From NCBI GenBank assembly GCA_012840225.1, contig DULU01000088.1:6895-70894 (forward strand): 64,000 bases of DNA, read 5' to 3'. Below the pieces are notes generated by a model. It was not told where the DNA came from. It made no database searches and saw only the letters and a program-made list of their open reading frames with translations. Position numbers and translations under genes: made by a program. Each line of letters starts with the position of its first letter. Position 1 is the first letter of the stretch. The DNA is from Bacillota bacterium (GTDB lineage Bacteria > Bacillota > Limnochordia > DTU080). This document shows positions 1-8,252 of this stretch, piece by piece.

Positions 1-1187
1 CGGCAGAGGTGGTGGTGGTCTCCACCGCCATCGGTCCCGATAACCCGGAGGTGCTGGCCGCCAGGGCGGCCGGCATACCTGTTCTACATCGCTCGGAGAT
101 GCTGGCGGAGATCATGCACGCCAAGAAGGGGTTGGCAGTGGCCGGCGCCCACGGCAAAACCACCATCACTTCCATGCTGGCCTTTGTTTTGCATCACTGT
201 GGCCTTGATCCCACCTTTGTCATCGGCGGCGTGGTACCCGGATTGGGAGGCGCCCGTTATGGACGAGGGGAGCTGGTGATTGCCGAGGCCGACGAAAGCG
301 ATCGCTCCTTCTTGCGCTACCGCCCGCATATTGCCGTGGTGAGCAGCATCGAATCCGACCATCTGGAACACTATGACGGTACTTTTGCCAAGATGGTGGA
401 GGCTTTCGGGCAGTTCCTGCATAACGTACCGGTCGAGGGTGGCCTGGCCATACTCAATGCCGGAGACCCCCATCTTCAGGTTATCGGGCGGGAGCTGGCC
501 TGCCGGGTGATCTGGTATGGTCGCCCCGCTCATGCTGATTACAGAGCGCTGGAGATAGAAGCGCACGACCACAGGACGAGCTTTCTCGTGAGCGAGAGAG
601 GGCATCTCCTGGGCCGCTTTTCCCTGTGCATTCCGGGCGAGCACAATGTGGAGAATGCCCTGACGGTGGTAGCCGTAGCCAGGGAACTGGGTCTGGAGAT
701 GGATGAACTGGCCGTCCACCTGGCGGCCTTTCCGGGGGCTAAAAGGCGATTCGAAATCCTGGCCGATGGGGAAGTGTTGGTGGTGGATGACTATGCCCAT
801 CATCCGTCGGAGATCAAGGCCACCATTGCCGCCGCCAGAAAGGGTTATCCCGGGCGCCGCCTGGTGGCGGTCTTTCAGCCGCATCGCTACACCCGCACAC
901 ACTTTTTATTTACCGAGCTGGCCGGCTCTTTTTCCGCAGCCGATCTGGTGGTGTTGACCGAAGTTTATGCCCCACCGCCAGATCAGTGGATTCCAGGCGC
1001 TGAAGGAGCAGCGCTGGCCGCCGCGGCCGGTCGGGAAAGCGGGCGGCCGGTGCATTTCGTGCCGGAGAGGGCCGAGTTGCCCGGCTTCCTGTGGCGGATG
1101 CTCAAGCCGGGCGATGTGGTGCTCTTTATGGGAGCCGGGGACATCACTTTAGCCGCCAAAGAGTTGGCGGAACAAATGCGGGCATAA
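1..1187 (+). CDS. murC: UDP-N-acetylmuramate--L-alanine ligase MurC, 5'-truncated by the window edge
   Basis: ORF 9..1187 continues in frame to base 1. Mur-ligase signatures are present (GAHGKTTITSML, EADESD). Length and C-terminus fit MurC. Confidence 0.75.
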   Translation, partial: AEVVVVSTAIGPDNPEVLAARAAGIPVLHRSEMLAEIMHAKKGLAVAGAHGKTTITSMLAFVLHHCGLDPTFVIGGVVPGLGGARYGRGELVIAEADESDRSFLRYRPHIAVVSSIESDHLEHYDGTFAKMVEAFGQFLHNVPVEGGLAILNAGDPHLQVIGRELACRVIWYGRPAHADYRALEIEAHDHRTSFLVSERGHLLGRFSLCIPGEHNVENALTVVAVARELGLEMDELAVHLAAFPGAKRRFEILADGEVLVVDDYAHHPSEIKATIAAARKGYPGRRLVAVFQPHRYTRTHFLFTELAGSFSAADLVVLTEVYAPPPDQWIPGAEGAALAAAAGRESGRPVHFVPERAELPGFLWRMLKPGDVVLFMGAGDITLAAKELAEQMRA

Positions 1188-1198
1188 TAAATGATGAT

Positions 1199-2905
1199 AT
1201 GGATATTCTTCATCATTTAAGCGGCATTGATGTTCTCCAGGCTTTCCTCGCCGGACCGGGCGATACCAAAGAATGGTTCGAGATAAGAAATGCCGCCGCA
1301 CAGCTGTCGCTCGCCCATGGTTTCGAGCGGTTGTTGTCTCTCGAAACCATCAATGTCGAGCTCTATGAACATCAGGTGGAGGCGGTACTGCGGGTGCTGC
1401 GGCATATGCGCGGCCGGGCGGTGCTGGCCGATGAAGTCGGCCTGGGTAAAACCATCGAGGCAGGGGTGATCGCCAAAGAATACCTGCTGCGCGACCTGGC
1501 CCGGCGCATTTTGATCCTCGTGCCTTCCTCCCTGAAAAACCAGTGGAAAAGTGAATTGGAGGAGAAGATAGGCCTCCATTTCCAGATCGCCTGCCGGCCG
1601 GCTTCCTTTGCCAAAGATCTGGTGCTGGCCTCCATCGACACCGCCAAGCGGAAAGAAAATGCCGCCGTGATTCATGAGAGGCCCTGGGATCTGGTGATTG
1701 TGGACGAGGCGCACCGGCTGAAAAACAAAGCCACGGTAAACTGGCAGTTTGTGAATGCCATCGAGAAAAAGTATCTGCTGCTCCTCACCGCTACCCCGGT
1801 GCAAAACGACCTGAGAGAATTATATAATCTGATCACGCTGCTGAAGCCTGGACAGCTCAAGACTTTCACCCAATTCAAGCGGGAATTCATGATCGACCGC
1901 CATGCCCCGAAAAATGTCTCCGGCCTGCGCCGGCTTTTGTCGGAAGTGATGGTGCGCAAAAATCGCCGGGACACTTTGCTGTTTTGGCCGAAGCGCCATG
2001 TGCGTTCCTTCTCCGTACCACTGGGCCACGAGGAATCCGCCTTTTACCGCTTGATGGTCGAAGAACTGGGGTGGGCTTATCGCTCCCGGCCGACCGGCAA
2101 ACGCAACATCCTCCCATACCTCCTCCTGCTCAGGGAATTGTGCAGCCATCCGCAAACGGCGGCCAAAACCCTGACTGGTCTGGTCAAGGCCGGACGGTCC
2201 TCCATTTTGCCGGCCGAGCGCTGCCGCCGACTTTTGGCTTGCCTGCCGCCAGGCCCACCGGCCAAGCTGGTTTGGACCATGGATTTTGTCAAAAAGCTCA
2301 CCGAGCCGGCCATCATTTTCACCGAATTCCGCACCACCCTTGAGGAGGTGGCCGCCGCCTGCCGGAGGGCGGGATGGGCTGTGGAATTGATCCACGGCGG
2401 CTTGAGCGCTGCCGAAAAGGAGCAGGCCGTCGCGCGTTTCAGGAAGAACGGCCGCCTTTTGCTCAGCACGGAGTGCGGGGGTGAAGGATGGAACCTGCAG
2501 TTTTGCCGGGTGTTGCTTAACTACGATCTGCCCTGGAATCCGCTGCGCCTGGAGCAACGTATCGGGCGCATCCACCGCCTGGGGCAAAAGGACGATGTGA
2601 TGGTGGTCAACCTGGCCACCGAAGGCACGATGGAATCATATATTCTCTATCTCCTGGAGCAAAAGCTGGGCATGTTCGACCTGGTGATCGGGGAACTGGA
2701 GCAGATCCTCGCCGATCTGCCCGGCTCCTATGAGCAGCTTTTGGCCCATTTGGCGCTGGAGTCCCGGGATGAAGAAGAGCTGCGGGCCCGCCTGGAGGCT
2801 TTCGGAAAGGAACTGGAGAGGGCCTGCCGGGTCTATGAAAATGTCAGGCAGCTAAACATGCAGCTTTTTTCGCCTGACGGCCGGTCTGTTTATCTGGAGG
2901 CTTGA
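1199..2905 (+). CDS. SNF2-family helicase, RapA/HepA/YqhH-like (cassette 1)
   Basis: Contains LADEVGLGKT (motif I), DEAHRLKN (motif II) and a helicase-C block with QRIGRIHRLGQ. ATG at 1199 follows the murC stop. The stop overlaps the next gene's TTG start. Confidence 0.8.
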   Translation: MDILHHLSGIDVLQAFLAGPGDTKEWFEIRNAAAQLSLAHGFERLLSLETINVELYEHQVEAVLRVLRHMRGRAVLADEVGLGKTIEAGVIAKEYLLRDLARRILILVPSSLKNQWKSELEEKIGLHFQIACRPASFAKDLVLASIDTAKRKENAAVIHERPWDLVIVDEAHRLKNKATVNWQFVNAIEKKYLLLLTATPVQNDLRELYNLITLLKPGQLKTFTQFKREFMIDRHAPKNVSGLRRLLSEVMVRKNRRDTLLFWPKRHVRSFSVPLGHEESAFYRLMVEELGWAYRSRPTGKRNILPYLLLLRELCSHPQTAAKTLTGLVKAGRSSILPAERCRRLLACLPPGPPAKLVWTMDFVKKLTEPAIIFTEFRTTLEEVAAACRRAGWAVELIHGGLSAAEKEQAVARFRKNGRLLLSTECGGEGWNLQFCRVLLNYDLPWNPLRLEQRIGRIHRLGQKDDVMVVNLATEGTMESYILYLLEQKLGMFDLVIGELEQILADLPGSYEQLLAHLALESRDEEELRARLEAFGKELERACRVYENVRQLNMQLFSPDGRSVYLEA

Positions 2906-4791
2906 TATTTGGAGGCTTGCTAGGTAAATTGGAGGCTACTGTTGCAGACCAGGTGGAGCGGGCCGCGGCGCAAATCCGGGCCTTTACCATACGCTTCCTC
3001 AGAAACCTCGGCGCAGAGCTCCATAGCGGCGGGGCGAATAAGGCCGGGACGAGCGGGGGAACCGGCCGCAGCAGCCTTGGCGGCGGCAGCATTGGCGGCG
3101 GCAGCATTGGCGTTGCCTGTCAGCCCATTTACGCTCACCTGCCGCCCGATCTGGCTGCAGAGCTGGGGGTACCGCGGGAGTTGCATATCGTCTTTAGCCC
3201 CCCGGTGCCGGCAGGTGCTTATTATGTCACTTACGGCACCCCGCTTTTGGAGCGCATGCTGGAATTGGCGGCTTCCAGAGGTACAGGCTGTCACCTGCTC
3301 CTTTCGTCGGGCCTTGACCCAGGATTTGTGAACATGGCCATGACCCGCCCATACTCCGCTCTGCCGGAGGATGCGGCAATAGAGGAAAGCTCCGGCAATA
3401 TTCAGCCGGATTCCGCTTATCGCCGGTTTTGCCGGACTTTCACCCGCCTCAATATAAAAAATGGCCTGGCCGAGTGGCACAGCAGAAAGCTGGTGCATCA
3501 TCAGCAGGTGCTCTTCATCTTTCGCGTCTCTTTCATCGCCGACGAAAAAGAGGAGATGATTGTGCCGGTGCTGATGGATCCTATTACCGAGTCCCCCGAC
3601 ACCTTGGTCGACCTGAACGCCGCCGTCTCCTTCACTCCTCCTCTGTCAGGACTGCCTACCCTTTTGGAAGGAACCGGCGCTGCCAAAGGAAGCAGGGGGC
3701 CGGCCCCGGATAAGACTGAGGCACCTGACAAGGCCGAGGCCGGAAAAAAGCCTAAAAGCACCGGCACCGTCGCCAAAGTGTCTCCACTCGCTCGCCTGGA
3801 GCCGGTGCCGCTCTCCTCCTTCCTGGCCCGGGCGACGGATGACCTGCCCAGGGAAGCCTATAGCCTACTTAGGTTGTATAAACAAGCCGGATCCCACTTA
3901 AGTGAGCTGGTAGCGGCCAAGGCTCAAGCATTCAGAGAAGCGGCGGCCGGGCGCATGGCGGCGGAGAGGGAACGCCTGGAGGCCTATTATCGCGATCTGG
4001 CCGCCGAACAGCTTGAACCGCTGCGCCGCCTTTTCCGGCGCATGGCCGGGGTTTCCGTGCGGGCTCACCTGGCCCACAGCTACGATGATCAGCTGACCTG
4101 CCACAAGCGGCTGCAGGAGCTGAAAGCGATGGCCCAGGAGCTGGAGCAAGAGTGCCAGGAGGGCTTGTCGTCCCTGGAAAAAGAGAAAGAGCGGCGCCTG
4201 CATGAACTGGCCGCCGGGTATGCCGTCCGCCTGGAAGCCTGCCTGATCGCCATCGCGGCCATAAGGGTACCCCGGTTGCAATTCACCTTGCACCTGTCAC
4301 AAGCATCTCCGGACAACGGCAGCAGAGCGAGAGAATTCTCGGGGATATACGACATCTGGCGCGACAAGCTGATCGATGTGGCCTGTGAGGTCTGTGACGG
4401 CGACCTTGATGAAGCCTCTTGGTGTGCCTGCGACCATCTGGTCTGCTCCCGGTGCCAAGGTCGTTGCCCAAGCTGCGGCCTCCCGGTATGCGCCGCTTGT
4501 GCTGCCGGCCGCTGTCACCTATGTCAGGCCTATATTTGTCATTCCTGCCTGATCACCTGTCCCCTGACCACCGGTGCCGGCACCGGCACCAGTACCGGTG
4601 CCAGAGCCGACTTCAGCGCCGGTCGCCGTCAACTTGATGAGCTATATATCTGTCACACCTGCTCAGCCACCTATTGTGAGGTGTGCCGGCGGTTGACGCC
4701 GAGCGACGGCCGGCCAACACCCCCCCTTCCTGATCTAACGAGCCTACAGTTAACGGGCCGGAAGCAAAAGGCAATAGGCAATAGGAAATAA
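2902..4791 (+). CDS. YqhG-like SNF2-associated protein with central coiled-coil and a C-terminal cluster of eight CxxC motifs (predicted multi-zinc-ribbon)
   Basis: TTG at 2902 overlaps the upstream stop (TTGA), suggesting translational coupling. N-terminal region recalls the YqhG family from memory. C-terminus carries CEVC, CSRC, CPSC, CAAC, CHLC, CHSC, CHTC, CEVC. A 15-bp tandem duplication at 3078-3107 encodes a Gly/Ser insertion. Confidence 0.55.
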   Translation: MIFGGLLGKLEATVADQVERAAAQIRAFTIRFLRNLGAELHSGGANKAGTSGGTGRSSLGGGSIGGGSIGVACQPIYAHLPPDLAAELGVPRELHIVFSPPVPAGAYYVTYGTPLLERMLELAASRGTGCHLLLSSGLDPGFVNMAMTRPYSALPEDAAIEESSGNIQPDSAYRRFCRTFTRLNIKNGLAEWHSRKLVHHQQVLFIFRVSFIADEKEEMIVPVLMDPITESPDTLVDLNAAVSFTPPLSGLPTLLEGTGAAKGSRGPAPDKTEAPDKAEAGKKPKSTGTVAKVSPLARLEPVPLSSFLARATDDLPREAYSLLRLYKQAGSHLSELVAAKAQAFREAAAGRMAAERERLEAYYRDLAAEQLEPLRRLFRRMAGVSVRAHLAHSYDDQLTCHKRLQELKAMAQELEQECQEGLSSLEKEKERRLHELAAGYAVRLEACLIAIAAIRVPRLQFTLHLSQASPDNGSRAREFSGIYDIWRDKLIDVACEVCDGDLDEASWCACDHLVCSRCQGRCPSCGLPVCAACAAGRCHLCQAYICHSCLITCPLTTGAGTGTSTGARADFSAGRRQLDELYICHTCSATYCEVCRRLTPSDGRPTPPLPDLTSLQLTGRKQKAIGNRK

Positions 4792-4853
4792 GCCATCCCG
4801 CGCCGAATATATGAGCGATTGTTCAGTTTATTATATTTGACGGGGGACGCGCC

Positions 4854-7379
4854 TTGGATGTCGGCACCTTTATAAACCGCATCACAGCCCACCAGCAATA
4901 TGCCGGGCAACTGGTCCACCTGGAGGTGTTACCGACTCGACAGGCCGTCTTTCAGGCGCCGGCACAACCGCTTCCGGAACCGGTAGCTCAGGCTTTGGCC
5001 GGCATCGGCATCAACCGGCTTTACTCCCATCAGGCGCTCGCCGTCGATTTGGCCAGAGAAGGCCGGCATTTTGTGGTGGTGACCGGCACCGCCAGCGGCA
5101 AGACGCTCTGCTATCACCTCCCTGTACTGGAAGGGCTCCTGCAGGACGCCGGCGGGAAAGCGCTCTATCTTTTTCCCACCAAAGCTTTGGCTCAGGACCA
5201 GCTGCGCGGGCTCCTGCAGCTGAAGGAGTTATGTCCCGATCTGCCGCTGTGCGCCGGCACCTATGACGGCGATACCCCTCCGGCAATTCGCCGCCGGCTG
5301 AAATCGGAAGGCAACTGCATCCTGACCAATCCCGACATGCTGCATTCCGGGATCCTCCCGAATCATGCCGGCTGGGGGGAATTTTTCGCCTCTCTCCGCT
5401 GGATCATCATCGACGAGATCCACACCTATCGCGGCATATTCGGCAGCCACGTAGCCAACGTCATCCGCCGCCTAAAGCGGGTATGCCGACACTACGGCTC
5501 CAACCCGCAGTTTTTCTGCTCTTCGGCCACCATAGCCAATCCCAAAGAGCTAGCCGAAAAACTGACCGGGGAGACGGTTGTGGTGATCGACGACGACGGC
5601 TCGCCGCGGGGCCGGAAATATTTCGCCTTTTGGAATCCGCCCCGCTTCGGAGAGACGATGGAGCGGCGCAGCCCTTTCTCGGAAGCTACGGTGCTGATGA
5701 CTGAGCTGATCAAAGCCAGGCATCCCACCATCGCTTTCAGCAGGACCCGCATCGGTGTGGAGCTGCTTTACCGCTACACCCGTCAGGAGTTGCAGCGCCT
5801 GAGCCCCACGCTCGCCGGGGCCATCAGAGCCTACCGGGGCGGATACCTGCCGGCCGAACGCCGCCGTATCGAGCAACAGCTGTTCTCGGGAGAACTCCTG
5901 GGCGTGACCAGCACTAACGCTCTTGAGCTGGGCATCGACATCGGCTCCCTTGATGCCTGCCTGATGGTGGGTTTTCCGGGCTCCATCGCCAGCGCCTGGC
6001 AACAAGCGGGAAGAGCCGGCCGGGGCGGGGATGATGCCCTGGTGGTCTTCATTGCCCAGAACGCCCCGCTCGATCAGTATTTGATGATGCATCCCCATTA
6101 TTTCTTCGAGAGCAGCTGTGAACACGCCACCGTCGACCCGGATAATCCTTATGTGGCGCTGAATCACCTCCGGGCAGCCATATTCGAACTGCCGCTGCGA
6201 GTGGATAAAGAAGAGGAATTCGGTCCCATGGCGCCGGCGCTGGTGGAACTATTGCTGGACCTGCACCAGATCGTAAGGCGGGGTAACAGCTGGTATTGGG
6301 TAGGTAAGGGCTTTCCCGCCGACGATTTCAGTCTGCGCACCGCCGGGGACGACACTTATACAATCATCGACACCACGGAAGGAAAAAATGTGGCTATCGG
6401 CTCCACCTGCGAGCTGACGGCCTTCACCCAGCTTTACACCGAAGCCATCTACCTGCACGACGGCGAGCCGTATTTTGTCTCCAAGCTGGACACCGCGGAG
6501 AAAGCCGCCTATGTCCATCGCGTCGACCCCGACTACTATACCCAGTCGATCACCGATCGCCGCGTGCGCATCCAGGCGGAGGAACTCTCCAAAGAGTGGC
6601 GGAAGAGCCGGGTGAGTTTCGGCGATGTGGATGTCACGTATATCACCTATATGTATAAAAAGGTGAAATTTGCCGACCGCGACAGTCTGGGCTTCGGCCG
6701 CATCGACCTGCCGCCTATCGTCTTCGACACCTGCGCCATGTGGCTCTCGCCGTCTCTTGAAGCCTTCCGCCAGGTGCGGGCGGCCGGACTGGTACCGTCG
6801 GAAGGTATGGCCGGAGTGGCCAATGTGATCGGTGAGGTGCTGCCACTTTTTGCCATGTGCGACCCTTCGGATATCGGTACCGCCGTCGATTCCTCCAACA
6901 CCGGGGTGCCTACTTTATTCGTGTTCGACAGATACAAAGGAGGCGCGGGATTCGCCCAGAAGGCCTATGAACTGGTGGAAGAAGTCCTGGCCGCCTGCTG
7001 CCGGCTGATTCTGGATTGCTCCTGCGCCGACGGCTGTCCTTCCTGTGTGGGGGCGCCGGTGCCACCATTTCCCGGCATAGAAGTGGACAGCGAAGCCAAA
7101 GGCCGCATTCCCGACAAAGAAGCAGCGCTGGTCATCCTGCACGCCTTGCTGGAGCGCCCGTATGTACCGCAGGTCAAAGCCGGGAAAAAAGCCTATGCCG
7201 GAGGAACTGCGGCTGCCGGTGGGGCTGGGAGAGCCGGAGGTGCCGCCCCGCCGGTGGAGAGCGAAGAGCTGATCGAGCGCCGTCCGGCCGAACCGCTCCC
7301 GGAAAATCTAGAAATTCGCCTGCGGCAACAGATCACCCGCCTGCAAGTCACCAACAGGCACAAAAACCAGGGCGCATAA
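4854..7379 (+). CDS. mrfA: MrfA/YprA-like DEAD/DEAH-box helicase with C-terminal DUF1998 (MZB) zinc domain
   Basis: GTASGKT (motif I), DEIH (motif II), SAT, QQAGRAGR (motif VI). C-terminal four-Cys motif CSCADGCPSC. Followed by a low-complexity Ala/Gly tail. Confidence 0.8.
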   Translation: MDVGTFINRITAHQQYAGQLVHLEVLPTRQAVFQAPAQPLPEPVAQALAGIGINRLYSHQALAVDLAREGRHFVVVTGTASGKTLCYHLPVLEGLLQDAGGKALYLFPTKALAQDQLRGLLQLKELCPDLPLCAGTYDGDTPPAIRRRLKSEGNCILTNPDMLHSGILPNHAGWGEFFASLRWIIIDEIHTYRGIFGSHVANVIRRLKRVCRHYGSNPQFFCSSATIANPKELAEKLTGETVVVIDDDGSPRGRKYFAFWNPPRFGETMERRSPFSEATVLMTELIKARHPTIAFSRTRIGVELLYRYTRQELQRLSPTLAGAIRAYRGGYLPAERRRIEQQLFSGELLGVTSTNALELGIDIGSLDACLMVGFPGSIASAWQQAGRAGRGGDDALVVFIAQNAPLDQYLMMHPHYFFESSCEHATVDPDNPYVALNHLRAAIFELPLRVDKEEEFGPMAPALVELLLDLHQIVRRGNSWYWVGKGFPADDFSLRTAGDDTYTIIDTTEGKNVAIGSTCELTAFTQLYTEAIYLHDGEPYFVSKLDTAEKAAYVHRVDPDYYTQSITDRRVRIQAEELSKEWRKSRVSFGDVDVTYITYMYKKVKFADRDSLGFGRIDLPPIVFDTCAMWLSPSLEAFRQVRAAGLVPSEGMAGVANVIGEVLPLFAMCDPSDIGTAVDSSNTGVPTLFVFDRYKGGAGFAQKAYELVEEVLAACCRLILDCSCADGCPSCVGAPVPPFPGIEVDSEAKGRIPDKEAALVILHALLERPYVPQVKAGKKAYAGGTAAAGGAGRAGGAAPPVESEELIERRPAEPLPENLEIRLRQQITRLQVTNRHKNQGA

Positions 7380-8252
7380 AGCCGGCCTGGCGACCGCCCG
7401 GGGCCGGTAAAGCTTCTCCAGCTCCATGAGGCGCCGGCGATATCCGCCGTCATGGCTGTCGTCATCGCTCTCGCCGCCTTCGTGGCCATCGCCGCCTTCG
7501 TGGTCATCGCTGCCGGCGTGGTCATCGCTGCCGGTGTGGTCGGCCATTTGTATTTTGTTTTTGGCATAATAACTGTGTAGCAAAAAGCGTTCGGCCTCCA
7601 GCGCCAGGAGCGACTCCCTGGCCCAGCCGTCATCCTCTTTGGCCATTACGGCAGCGATGTAGCGACAGGCTTTATCCATGGCTTCTTCCAGATCCACCTG
7701 CCTGGGCAGACAGTGGCGGGGCGGGGTCTCCACCAAAGTGCGGCTATCCAAAAGGGCAGCCAGACCCGGGCAAATAGCACCGCCGGTCAGGTCGATGCCC
7801 AGGGCATAAAGGCGCTCGTCGCCATTACGCCCTTCGCAGGTGACGACCATATGCAGCAATAAATATGGTTTATAAACTTCATCACCAGAGGCGTTACATC
7901 CGGCGGGACAAACCGTAAAGCGGGAAAAACGCCCCAAGCGGCGGGCTGAAGACAGCATTTGCGTCAACCTGTAGCTGCCTTTGCACACCAACTCCGCCCG
8001 TTTGTCCTCCTGAGCGGCTTCCTCGGTGAACGCCAGATATATAACCGTCAGTCCGGACTGATCCGGCGGCTGAAAGGCCGGATGCAGAGGTTGGCGTCCT
8101 TCCAGGACGGACAACTGCTCCGCTGTCAATTCCACCCGCAAAAGTTGACCTTCTGTCCCCATCCCGGCGCCGAGGGCCCGGAAATATTCGGTTATAAACT
8201 GCCTGACGGCGTCTCCCGGTGCATCCTCATATTGCGGCTTACCTGCTACCAA
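7308..8252 (-). CDS. YqhG-like protein (partner of downstream SNF2 helicase) with acidic His/Asp-rich repeat tail
   Basis: TTG start at 8252 overlaps the stop of the upstream minus-strand SNF2 gene. N-terminal pattern (QFITEYFRALGA...LLRVELTAEQ) resembles the 2902..4791 N-terminus. The 3' end overlaps mrfA by 72 bp, so the exact C-terminus is uncertain. Confidence 0.5.
   Translation of the reverse strand: MVAGKPQYEDAPGDAVRQFITEYFRALGAGMGTEGQLLRVELTAEQLSVLEGRQPLHPAFQPPDQSGLTVIYLAFTEEAAQEDKRAELVCKGSYRLTQMLSSARRLGRFSRFTVCPAGCNASGDEVYKPYLLLHMVVTCEGRNGDERLYALGIDLTGGAICPGLAALLDSRTLVETPPRHCLPRQVDLEEAMDKACRYIAAVMAKEDDGWARESLLALEAERFLLHSYYAKNKIQMADHTGSDDHAGSDDHEGGDGHEGGESDDDSHDGGYRRRLMELEKLYRPRAVARPALCALVFVPVGDLQAGDLLPQANF
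7460..7546. repeat. Roughly 18-bp tandem repeats (about 4 copies) encoding a DDH(A/E)G(S/G)-type acidic tail on the minus strand
   Basis: Direct repeats cgccgccttcgtggccat / cgccgccttcgtggtcat / cgctgccggcgtggtcat / cgctgccggtgtggtcggccat, visible in the sequence. Confidence 0.7.

Noticed and set aside
84-902. Long antisense ORFs opposite well-supported genes (for example 84..902-, 1820..2587-, 17810..18769-, 29892..31166-, 36807..37628-, 56270..57595-, 28074..28931-)
   Set aside because: They overlap conserved, motif-bearing genes on the other strand (murC, SNF2, ftsH-like, rny, hisC, lysC, recA) and have no recognisable motifs. High GC content inflates ORF length on both strands, so they are treated as spurious.
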